Shown: in pieces, positions 38,798-46,942 of the stretch
Layout of the letters: every line of letters starts with the position of its first letter
Position numbering within the stretch: position 1 is the first letter of the stretch
Assembly (NCBI GenBank): GCA_029262535.1
Contig: JAJCZF010000074.1
Location: 78,883-142,882, forward strand
Reading direction: 5' to 3'
Length of the DNA: 64,000 bases
From: Deltaproteobacteria bacterium
GTDB lineage: Bacteria; Desulfobacterota; GWC2-55-46; JAJCZF01
The notes under the pieces: model-generated
Seen by the model: only the letters and a program-made list of their open reading frames with translations
Database searches by the model: none
What the model was told of the DNA's origin: nothing
Translations under genes and position numbers: made by a program

Positions 38798-40237
38798 ATG
38801 TTAAAGAAAATTATTTTAATAGCTTTTTTGCTTGTCCCCTTTGCAGCCCCCTTTGCCATTGCAGGCGGTGCGGATTGGTCATTCGTGGCGGATGAAATAG
38901 AGACCGCCTTGCATTCGGCCGGGGAAGCGTATGGCGAAGGGAATGTAATAGAGGCGCAGGACACCGTGTCACGGGCATACCTCGAACTCTTCGAGGGCGG
39001 GGGGTTGGAAGCCGCCATAAGCCTTCACATATCCGAGAGGCGTAAACTGGATATCGAAGAGATGTTCGGGACGGTCAGAGACGCCATGGACCCTGGAGGA
39101 CCCGTCTCCGGGGTCATGGAGAAAGTTGACCTGCTGGTCTCAACTCTCAAGGAAGTAGCCCGGAGCCTACCGGTAAATGGCGGACCAAAAGAGTCTGCGC
39201 TTTCGCTCTTTTTCAAGTCGTTCATAATAATCCTGAGGGAGGGCTTCGAGGCCATACTCGTTATAAGCGCCCTTTCGGCATGGCTTGTAAAATCCGGACA
39301 TACTGATAAGGTCAGGACCATTTATAAAGGTGCGGGAGCGGCCCTCGTAGCAAGCGTCATTACCGCTATTTTGCTACAGACGCTGATTAAGATAAGCGGC
39401 GCGGGCAGGGAGGCCCTTGAAGGCGTTACCATGCTCCTTGCCACCGCGGTCCTCTTTTACGTTAGCTACTGGCTCATAAGCAAGATAGAGATAGGGCGGT
39501 GGCAGAATTATATAAGGTCGAAGGTCGAGGGTTCGCTCACGAGAGCCAACCTCTTCGCCCTCGGGTTTGCGGCCTTCCTCGCCGTCTATCGAGAAGGGGC
39601 GGAGACGATACTATTTTACGGGGCCCTCTATTCCTCGTCCGGGGGAGAGAGTTCCATAATTGCCTCGGGATTCATTATTGGGGTTCTTGCCCTTGTCGGA
39701 GTTTTTATCATCATCCAATATACGAGCGTGCGCATTCCCATAGGTCCGTTCTTTGCTGTAACGTCAACCCTCCTTTATTACCTTGCCTTCAGTTTTGCGG
39801 GAAAAGGAACACACGAACTACAGGAGGCCGGATGGATATCCTCTACCGTTGCCGAAGGGCTCCCGACGATTCGCTTCCTGGGTATCTATCCGACCTGGGA
39901 GGGCGTATGGGTACAGTCGCTCCTCTTCCTGGCTCTTCTGTTTGCTGTCCTTTACTGTCTTGTTATAAGACCTTACAGGGAAAGAGGAACTCTCTCTAAC
40001 GGCCTGACCCATATGGAGCTCGACATCAGATCCCTCCACAATATGCTTAATTCCGTAAGCGAGCACGCCATGAAGGCCCACGGACTCTCAAGCGGGCGTG
40101 CAGACCGAGAGGCGGACGAGATAAGAAGGCACCTTGTACGCATAGACTCAAAGGTACATTTGGTGATGGAGCATTTAATGAAGCTCAAAGAAGGTATATT
40201 TACAGATACGGAAAGGGATATAAAGAAGGCGCCTTAG
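38798..40237 (+). CDS. FTR1/EfeU-family high-affinity iron permease with N-terminal periplasmic extension
   Basis: Two REGxE motifs (ILREGFEAIL and VYREGAETIL) in TM helices. Signal peptide plus a roughly 130-aa N-terminal soluble domain. RBS GGAGG. Confidence 0.75.
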   Translation: MLKKIILIAFLLVPFAAPFAIAGGADWSFVADEIETALHSAGEAYGEGNVIEAQDTVSRAYLELFEGGGLEAAISLHISERRKLDIEEMFGTVRDAMDPGGPVSGVMEKVDLLVSTLKEVARSLPVNGGPKESALSLFFKSFIIILREGFEAILVISALSAWLVKSGHTDKVRTIYKGAGAALVASVITAILLQTLIKISGAGREALEGVTMLLATAVLFYVSYWLISKIEIGRWQNYIRSKVEGSLTRANLFALGFAAFLAVYREGAETILFYGALYSSSGGESSIIASGFIIGVLALVGVFIIIQYTSVRIPIGPFFAVTSTLLYYLAFSFAGKGTHELQEAGWISSTVAEGLPTIRFLGIYPTWEGVWVQSLLFLALLFAVLYCLVIRPYRERGTLSNGLTHMELDIRSLHNMLNSVSEHAMKAHGLSSGRADREADEIRRHLVRIDSKVHLVMEHLMKLKEGIFTDTERDIKKAP

Positions 40238-40335
40238 AAGAAACACTTATTAATTAGTGGTTCGAAGCAACGAGCCCTATGGTATTTACCGGTTCAAAAT
40301 TATAATAACTGCAATCCATAAAGGAGATATAGACC

Positions 40336-41193
40336 ATGTACAAAAAAAGCAGGTATCTGGCAGTCGTATTGTTGTTGGGAGCGTTCGCAGTCCTTCCGTC
40401 TTTTGTCTACGGCGCTAACGGCGCTAACTTCGTCCTTTACAACCATCACACCGCCGAGCCGGGGGAGATGGAGATCATGCTGATGATGGATATTGGCCAG
40501 GAGCCGGACGGCACCAATTATACTGCCCAGATGGTCGAATTCGAGTTGGGGATAACGGAGAGGTTTACGGCTGAGTTCATGGTCGAGGGGCAGACGACCT
40601 CCGGTGAAGACGGGTATCATTTCACGGGTTTCAGGTTGGAAGGCCGGTACCGTCTCTTTGAATACGGGACATTCTTAAACCCCGTACTTTACGTAGAGTA
40701 CGAAGATTTGAGTGAGGACACCAAGTACGTGATGGAGATGAGCGGCAGGGAGGATGCGTCGGAAAAGCATAAATCCAGGCCATCGAGGGAACGGGTGCTT
40801 GAGACAAGGCTCATCCTCGGCCACGATATTACCGATAGGTTCGATGTGGCTCTGAACTGGCTAAACGAGAGCGATCTGGACACGGGGGTAACTGCCTTTG
40901 GGTACGCGGTGGGCCTTAATTACGGCCTCCGGGCTTTTGGCGGCGGTTCTTCCGGTCATATGGAGGACAAAAGCGAGGTCCATAAAAGCGTAACGCTCGG
41001 CCTTGAAATCTTCGGCGGCCTGGGTGATAGCGACAAGGGTTTGACCGCAAATGGAAACCTCACCCAGCACTACTTCGCTCCAAACCTTAAAATACACGCC
41101 ACGGAAAAGGTCATGGTAAAGTTCGGCGGGGCGATAGGGCTTACCAACGTCAGCCAGGATATATTCAGGCTCGCCCTGGGCTATGAGTTTTAA
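40336..41193 (+). CDS. Outer-membrane beta-barrel protein of unknown function
   Basis: Signal peptide, alternating amphipathic beta-strands and a C-terminal ...LALGYEF ending in Phe. RBS AAAGGAG. Confidence 0.6.
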   Translation: MYKKSRYLAVVLLLGAFAVLPSFVYGANGANFVLYNHHTAEPGEMEIMLMMDIGQEPDGTNYTAQMVEFELGITERFTAEFMVEGQTTSGEDGYHFTGFRLEGRYRLFEYGTFLNPVLYVEYEDLSEDTKYVMEMSGREDASEKHKSRPSRERVLETRLILGHDITDRFDVALNWLNESDLDTGVTAFGYAVGLNYGLRAFGGGSSGHMEDKSEVHKSVTLGLEIFGGLGDSDKGLTANGNLTQHYFAPNLKIHATEKVMVKFGGAIGLTNVSQDIFRLALGYEF

Positions 41194-41417
41194 GGCCTGT
41201 ATCTCTGCTAGCAAAGGCGAGGAAGGCCGACTCTGCAACAGGTTGCGTACTGACAAGCGAAGCGGGAAGAAAGGTCCTTGTCCGCAACGTTCACAGAGGC
41301 TTTCACGGGGCCATGAAGAGGGAAAAGATTATAGGTTTCCGTCTTCATAATCTTCGCAACGCGTTTAGTTCAGCCAGGAAAAAAGGGCTGACCGAAACGG
41401 CTAACTCCATGATTAAC

Positions 41418-41453
41418 TTGGTTCCCGGGGAGGGGTTCGAACCCCCGACAGAG
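41418..41453 (-). pseudogene. tRNA 3'-end fragment (T-arm, acceptor 3' strand and CCA) with no 5' half
   Basis: The reverse complement reads ...GTCGGGGGTTCGAACCCCTCCCCGGGAACCA. A T-stem/loop (GGGGG-TTCGAAC-CCCTC) and acceptor are recognisable. No complementary 5' acceptor strand lies upstream. Confidence 0.4.
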
Positions 41454-41475
41454 TGATTAAGAGGGGGATATCGAC

Positions 41476-41669
41476 AATTTTCGTAAGGGCATGATCTTGT
41501 TCTGGCTTCCCTGTTTACCTGCTAAAATCAAAATCTTAGATGAGTTCGAACAATTCTATAGAGTCTAATCCAGTCCATTGTTTCAGGCTGATTTTATTAC
41601 AATTTGGCCAATTGAAAACGATAGGTCAAAGACGCCACCGCGTAAGTTGTTGTTTTAGAAGAAAAAAAC
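41476..41669. repeat. R2 repeat plus tail, copy 2. It lies immediately 3' of the tRNA-Val gene and is part of the approximately 145-bp direct repeat.
   Basis: Aligns block-for-block with 38556..38695 (R2) and with 38400..38501 (tail). Confidence 0.55.
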
Positions 41670-41744
41670 TGGTGGGCGGTACTGGGTTCGAACCAGTGAC
41701 TTCCACCGTGTGAAGGTGGCACTCTACCGCTGAGTCAACCGCCC
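41670..41744 (-). tRNA. tRNA-Val (anticodon CAC)
   Basis: The reverse complement GGGCGGTTGACTCAGCGGTAGAGTGCCACCTTCACACGGTGGAAGTCACTGGTTCGAACCCAGTACCGCCCACCA folds into a cloverleaf. Acceptor 7 bp, D-arm, anticodon stem CCACC/GGTGG with loop TTCACAC, T-arm ACTGG-TTCGAAC-CCAGT, and an encoded CCA. Confidence 0.85.
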
Positions 41745-41857
41745 GTGCTTTATAAGAATAATATATAGCCCTCTGGTAAGTCAAGCCTTGCCCGCTCTTT
41801 GGCGACTCGTTAAGAATTATATTGAATCCGTGCCGCTTAATAGATATATTCTACCCT

Positions 41858-42295
41858 ATGAGACTGCTGGGACTAGATATTGGTAAAAAAAGAATAGGCG
41901 TCGCCGTCACCGATCCGCTCGGTATTATGGCTACCCCTGTTGTGGTTATTAAAAGGGTTTCGATTGCAAAGGATGTTGCCGATATCGTGTCGCTTGCCGA
42001 GGAGTATGAGGTCGAAAAGATAGTCTCTGGCATGCCGATGAATATGGACGGCACCTCGGGCGCCATGGTTCTTTATGTGGAAAAGTTCTTAACGAAACTC
42101 AGGCAAGAGACAACGGTTGAGGTCGTCTTGTGGGACGAGAGGCTCTCGACCGTTGCCGTTGAGCGTGTTCTTATTGAGGGCGACGTTTCAAGGGCAAAGC
42201 GCAGAGAGGTCGTTGACAAACTCTCCGCCGCTTATATACTCCAGGGTTATCTTGACGCACAAAAAAATTCAGCTCCAAATTCCGGCAGGTCCTAA
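41858..42295 (+). CDS. ruvX: Putative pre-16S rRNA nuclease / Holliday-junction resolvase-like YqgF (RuvX)
   Basis: MRLLGLDIGKKRIGVAVTD (RNase H-like fold N-terminus). About 145 aa. Confidence 0.8.
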   Translation: MRLLGLDIGKKRIGVAVTDPLGIMATPVVVIKRVSIAKDVADIVSLAEEYEVEKIVSGMPMNMDGTSGAMVLYVEKFLTKLRQETTVEVVLWDERLSTVAVERVLIEGDVSRAKRREVVDKLSAAYILQGYLDAQKNSAPNSGRS

Positions 42296-42301
42296 GCTAA
42301 T

Positions 42302-43309
42302 ATGCAAAACCTCTTTAAACTCATTGCCGCTCTCTTTATCGTAGCTCTCCTGATAGTTGGATATTATACCTACAATATGCTCTATACCCCTATGTCGAAG
42401 GTCGGCGAAGTTCGTGTCGTTACTATCGAGAGGGGTGAGAACTTTGGCCAGATTATTGAAAAGCTCACTCGTGCGGGGTTGATAGAGTCGAAGACTGGTT
42501 TTAAGGCGCTTGGGCGCATTCGCGGCTCGCATAGGGAGATCAAGGCCGGAGAGTACGAACTCAGGACCGATATGAGCCCGAATGAGCTCATTACCGCGCT
42601 CGAAAGCGGAAAGGTGAGGTATCATTCCATTACCGTGCCCGAGGGTTTTTGTATAAAAGATATCGCCAAAACTCTCGTGGCCGCCAATATGACCGGCCAT
42701 GCTCTATTTATAGAAAAGGCCTTATCCGAAGAGACTGTAAAGAGACTCGCTCTTCCCGGTCCTACGCTTGAAGGTTATCTCTTTCCCGATACATATAGAG
42801 TGACAAGGGCCGCCAATGTAGACGACCTTATTGTTATGATGACCGACCGTTTTAAAGAGGTATATAATGAAAAATTCAAGGCTATGGCCCTTCGCCGCGG
42901 CATGGAGATTAAGGAGGTTATAACACTGGCCTCCATCATAGAGAAAGAGACCGGCCTCGTCAGCGAGATGAGAACCATAAGCGCCGTTTTTCATAACAGA
43001 TTGAGCCGAGGCATCCCGCTTCAGAGCGACCCGACCGTTATCTACGGCATAGAGGATTTTGACGGAAACCTGAGGAGAAAGGATCTTCAAAGAAAGGAAC
43101 CGTATAATACCTATACCAATGCCGGTCTACCGCCCGGCCCCATAGCCAACCCCGGCGCAGAGGCCATCTCGGCAGCTATAAACCCTACTAATGAGCCTTA
43201 TCTCTATTTTGTATCGCGTAACGACGGCAGCCACCATTTTTCCCGTACGTTAAAGGAGCACAATATCGCTGTGCGCCACTATCAAAAGAATCGACGAAAC
43301 AGAAAATAG
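42302..43309 (+). CDS. mltG: Endolytic murein transglycosylase MltG (YceG family)
   Basis: N-terminal TM anchor. YceG-like blocks (GENFGQIIEKL, LEGYLFPDTY and ASIIEKET). Confidence 0.8.
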   Translation: MQNLFKLIAALFIVALLIVGYYTYNMLYTPMSKVGEVRVVTIERGENFGQIIEKLTRAGLIESKTGFKALGRIRGSHREIKAGEYELRTDMSPNELITALESGKVRYHSITVPEGFCIKDIAKTLVAANMTGHALFIEKALSEETVKRLALPGPTLEGYLFPDTYRVTRAANVDDLIVMMTDRFKEVYNEKFKAMALRRGMEIKEVITLASIIEKETGLVSEMRTISAVFHNRLSRGIPLQSDPTVIYGIEDFDGNLRRKDLQRKEPYNTYTNAGLPPGPIANPGAEAISAAINPTNEPYLYFVSRNDGSHHFSRTLKEHNIAVRHYQKNRRNRK

Positions 43310-43572
43310 GATCAAAGGCTCTCTTTTTATCTAATACAAATTTCTGAATTTTATGCAAAAATTTGTATTGCATGTTGCGGCTGGGGCTTCAGAATTCTTA
43401 TAACTATTTAATATATAAGAGCTTTCTTTTTACGGGTCTTTATTTTTATTTGGCATGTTCTTTGCAATTTACTATCATTAATTAATTTGAGCCATCGCAG
43501 CTTTTTTCAGTCTCTAATCTTCCTCTAAGCGACAAGAGGCTATGGTTGATGTAATAAGGAGAGATTTTAACT

Positions 43573-44304
43573 TTGAAAATTCTTTTTAATGATATGAAGA
43601 TGGCCATTGGCCGCGACGGGCGTTTTATGCTTCGCCTCTTTGGGATTGACAGCCCGGAGAGGATTGAGGTCGAGCAGTTCGCTCATCGCGTATATAAGAA
43701 ACATTACGGAGCGGATCTGCGCTCTTTTAGCCGCGAGATGCTGGCCCTTACTTCGGACAGTGGGCGTGTTCTTAGCTGTGTGGGTATTAATATGCCCGAA
43801 AACGGCCCGCTCTTTTTGGAACACTATACTGGCGGTCCGGTTCAGGAGGCCATAGCCGCGGCCAGGCCGGAAGTTGAAGATGTCAAACGGGCCGAAGTTG
43901 TAGAGGTCGGTACCATGGCCGTACATCCGAAGGGGCTTTGCCGTTTGATGATGGCGGCGCTAGCCGGAGTGGTTGCCGCGCGCGGTAAGAGATATATCGT
44001 CTTTACGGCTGTTAAGAACCTCCAGAATACACTAGATAGTCTCAAGATACCCTTTACAGTACTTGCCGATGCAGATATGTCTGCACTGCCAAGGGTTGAT
44101 GAAGGTGGGACCGACTGGGGCCGTTATTATAATTCTTCGCCAAAGGTTATCGTGCTCGATCTCTTACAGGGCTGGTCCCGTGTGGGAGAGATACTGGATA
44201 ACGCCAATGGCGATAGCGCGCCGGATATGGCGCGGATCATGTCGGACCTATTTGCCGAAGGCGAATACCTTGAATCTCCACATAAGGGAGGCAGGGTAGC
44301 CTAG
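43573..44304 (+). CDS. Thermostable-hemolysin-like (PF12261-type) protein with GNAT/acyltransferase-like fold
   Basis: Recalled family blocks REMLAL, PLFLEHYTGGPVQEAI, EVVEVGTMAV, YIVFTAVKNL and WGRYYNSSPKV. About 240 aa. TTG start with RBS AAGGAGAG. Confidence 0.5.
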   Translation: MKILFNDMKMAIGRDGRFMLRLFGIDSPERIEVEQFAHRVYKKHYGADLRSFSREMLALTSDSGRVLSCVGINMPENGPLFLEHYTGGPVQEAIAAARPEVEDVKRAEVVEVGTMAVHPKGLCRLMMAALAGVVAARGKRYIVFTAVKNLQNTLDSLKIPFTVLADADMSALPRVDEGGTDWGRYYNSSPKVIVLDLLQGWSRVGEILDNANGDSAPDMARIMSDLFAEGEYLESPHKGGRVA

Positions 44305-44306
44305 AG

Positions 44307-45869
44307 ATGAAGTTTTGGCGGAGCATCCTCCACCATGCAAAAGAGTCCCCGACACGGCTTGCGCTCGGTCCCGTCACCTATGACGGGCTCAGGTCAGCCG
44401 TAACCCGTGTAGTTCGCTCTCTACCCGATATGTCGGGAAAGAGGGTCGGCCTCTTTCTCGGCAACGGCCCACTCTTTGGAGTATACGATATCGCCCTTAC
44501 CCTCAAGGGCGCGGTAGTAGTGCCCCTTCCTGGCTTTTTTTCCACTGAACAGTTAGAGCATCTTATTGTTGATGCGGCCCTCGATACGGTAGTGATCGAG
44601 AGTGGTTGCGATGAGGGATTTCATTCGCTACTGGCTTCTCTCGATGTGATTGAAGCCGATACCGGACATCTTGTTTCCTCCAGTGAGGAAGAAGACGGAG
44701 GTGACGGGGGTGACGGGCAAGAGCTGGTTTTATCCGAGCTATCTCCTTCCACAGTTGTTAAGATAATATATACCTCCGGCACGACCGGCAGTCCGCGGGG
44801 CGTTATGGTCACTCTTGCAGCACTTGAGGCCGTGACCGAGTCGCTCATCGAGCGTAGCGAGGCGACCGGGAGCGATAGCCATCTGTCGCTCTTGCCGCTT
44901 TCGACCCTGCTTGAGATAATCGGCGGTATCTACGTGCCGCTAACCGTTGGGGCAACGGTTACCTACCTGCCCGCTGGTGGTATGGGTGGGGTTACCGCAG
45001 ATCCTTCGGCCCTTATAAAGGCAATTGAGTTTATCAGGCCTACGACCACGATAGTCGTTCCTTCGCTGCTGGAGCTGCTCGTGCGTTTCTTTGAAGAGGC
45101 CGGGGTCAGGCCCGAAGGCTTTCGTTTTATCGCGTGCGGCGGAGCGCCGGTAGCCGTTTCACTGCTTCTTCGGGCAGAGGCTCTGGGACTTCCGGTCTTT
45201 CAGGGTTACGGCCTTTCCGAGTGCGCCTCTGTCGTCACATTAAACGAGTTGCTATCAAACCGTATAGGCTCTGTTGGCAAGCCCCTTTCGCATGCCGGAG
45301 TAACCGTAAGCGAAGAGGGTGAGATCGTTGTGACCGGCCCGGCGGTTCTTGCCGGTTACGCGTCGGGAGGTAAAGAGTTCTCGTTAGAGTACCCGACCGG
45401 TGATATAGGCCGTTTGGACGAGGACGGTTATCTATATATCGAAGGGCGTAAGGATAATGTGATCGCGCTGGCCAACGGCAGGAATCTCTCGCCGGAATGG
45501 GTAGAGGGTCTAGTATCGTCCCTTAAATTCGTAAAACAGGTCGTCGTCTTCGGCACAGGCATGGAGGGCGCGGTCGCTCTTTTGGTAGTTGACCATGAAT
45601 GGCTAAGGTCGACTGCTGAGAGGTTTTCTGATAAATCTCCCGTGGAAGAGCTTGTTGATAACCCACTTATAATAAAGACGGTATTGGATGAGATAATAGC
45701 AGCTTGTAAGGACCTTCCGGACTATGCGCATATTCAAAGGGTGAAAGTTTTGGCAAAACCTTTTACGATAGAGAACGGTCTTCTAACCCACAACTGGAGG
45801 CCGCGTCGCAAGGAAATTTTCAAGCGTTACGAAAAGGATATAGAGAGACTATACGAAGAAGATCTGTAA
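44307..45869 (+). CDS. AMP-dependent synthetase/ligase (ANL superfamily adenylating enzyme)
   Basis: A3 core IIYTSGTTGSPRGVMVT, A5 GYGLSEC-like and A8 IGRLDEDGYLYIEGRKDN. Starts 3 bp after the upstream stop. Confidence 0.85.
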   Translation: MKFWRSILHHAKESPTRLALGPVTYDGLRSAVTRVVRSLPDMSGKRVGLFLGNGPLFGVYDIALTLKGAVVVPLPGFFSTEQLEHLIVDAALDTVVIESGCDEGFHSLLASLDVIEADTGHLVSSSEEEDGGDGGDGQELVLSELSPSTVVKIIYTSGTTGSPRGVMVTLAALEAVTESLIERSEATGSDSHLSLLPLSTLLEIIGGIYVPLTVGATVTYLPAGGMGGVTADPSALIKAIEFIRPTTTIVVPSLLELLVRFFEEAGVRPEGFRFIACGGAPVAVSLLLRAEALGLPVFQGYGLSECASVVTLNELLSNRIGSVGKPLSHAGVTVSEEGEIVVTGPAVLAGYASGGKEFSLEYPTGDIGRLDEDGYLYIEGRKDNVIALANGRNLSPEWVEGLVSSLKFVKQVVVFGTGMEGAVALLVVDHEWLRSTAERFSDKSPVEELVDNPLIIKTVLDEIIAACKDLPDYAHIQRVKVLAKPFTIENGLLTHNWRPRRKEIFKRYEKDIERLYEEDL

Positions 45870-46100
45870 GGATTAAGAACGCGGAGAGGGAACTTTCAAG
45901 TAACGAAGCTTATTCCGCGAAAATAAAACCACACCTGTGTGGATATAGAGAGATTATACGAAGAAGATCTGTAAGGCTTTAAAACGCGGAGAGGGAATTC
46001 AAGTAGCTAAGAACTTGCACCGCGAAAATTGGCCCCGTATACTGTGCGGCTGTGCGGAGCTAAAATAAGAGCACACTGGTATGCCACACCTGTGTGGAAG
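45835..46100. repeat. Tandem direct duplication (about 105 bp and about 160 bp units) beginning inside the last 35 bp of the ANL ligase gene
   Basis: GATATAGAGAGA(C/T)TATACGAAGAAGATCTGTAAGG ... AACGCGGAGAGGGAA ... CCACACCTGTGTGG occurs twice in tandem. The second unit carries an insertion of about 50 bp. Confidence 0.7.
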
Positions 46101-46111
46101 GAGAATAAGGT

Positions 46112-46930
46112 ATGAGGGGATTTTTACTGTACAGGATCTTTGGTATAACGCTTGCGTTAGTTGTAGTTGCGCTCTTTTCCACGGCCTCACTGGCAGTCGA
46201 GACTTCGCAAAGCCATGTGGCGAAGGGCGATATGTACTATGCAAAGCGCGCCGACGGACACAGGGACGATATGGCGGCGGTAAATATTATAATGTCGGCC
46301 ATTGACGAGTATAAGTTAGCATACGAGATGGGCGACCACTCGTCGGAACTTGTTGAAAAGACTATGCGCGCTAACTTCTTTTACGCCACATATGCCGAGA
46401 CCGATAAAGATAAGCAGAAAGCGGCCTTTGAGCACTCTATAAAGATAGCCGAGGAGTTTTTAAAGGACGACCCGGATAATGTCGCTATTAATTATCAGAT
46501 ATCCGGGGCCTGGGGGCGTTGGGGAGAGGTCAACGGCATAATAGCCTCGGCCCGCAAGGGTGTTGCCGACAGGGTTAAGGAGTATGGCGAGAAGACGGTC
46601 GCGTTCGATGCCGACTTTGGCGATGGCGGCGGATACAGAACGCTCGGCAGGCTTCATCTTATGGTGCCGAGAATTCCTTTCATCCTCTCATGGCCGAGCA
46701 ATAAGGAGAGTGAAAAATATCTGGCCAAGGCCGTGAAGGTCGGGCCGGACAACCTGACCAACCACCTTTTTTATGCCGAGACACTTTATGAGAACGGTTC
46801 CTATGTAAAGGCCATGGAAGAGGTCAATATCGTGCTCAGGAACGGCGCAAGGTCCGATTATCTCGTTGAAGATTTGAGGGACCAGAGCGACGCGCGCAAG
46901 CTCAAAGAGAAGATAAATAAGAAGTTATAG
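46112..46930 (+). CDS. Secreted/periplasmic TPR-like repeat protein
   Basis: Signal peptide. Helical repeat pattern with Y/A/G spacing. No enzymatic motif. Confidence 0.55.
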   Translation: MRGFLLYRIFGITLALVVVALFSTASLAVETSQSHVAKGDMYYAKRADGHRDDMAAVNIIMSAIDEYKLAYEMGDHSSELVEKTMRANFFYATYAETDKDKQKAAFEHSIKIAEEFLKDDPDNVAINYQISGAWGRWGEVNGIIASARKGVADRVKEYGEKTVAFDADFGDGGGYRTLGRLHLMVPRIPFILSWPSNKESEKYLAKAVKVGPDNLTNHLFYAETLYENGSYVKAMEEVNIVLRNGARSDYLVEDLRDQSDARKLKEKINKKL

Positions 46931-46942
46931 GAACTCTTAAAA

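Noticed and set aside
39499-39999. 166-aa plus-strand Cys/Arg-rich ORF
   Set aside because: It is an alternative frame inside the FTR1 permease gene. The permease frame carries the diagnostic REGxE motifs.
41418-41500. Possible complete second tRNA gene on the minus strand
   Set aside because: Only the T-arm/acceptor 3' strand/CCA are present. No complementary 5' acceptor strand or D-arm could be found upstream, so it is treated as a fragment.
38400-41760. Intact integrative element or prophage at tRNA-Val
   Set aside because: No integrase, excisionase or phage genes lie between the repeats, so it is reported only as a possible decayed islet or duplication.
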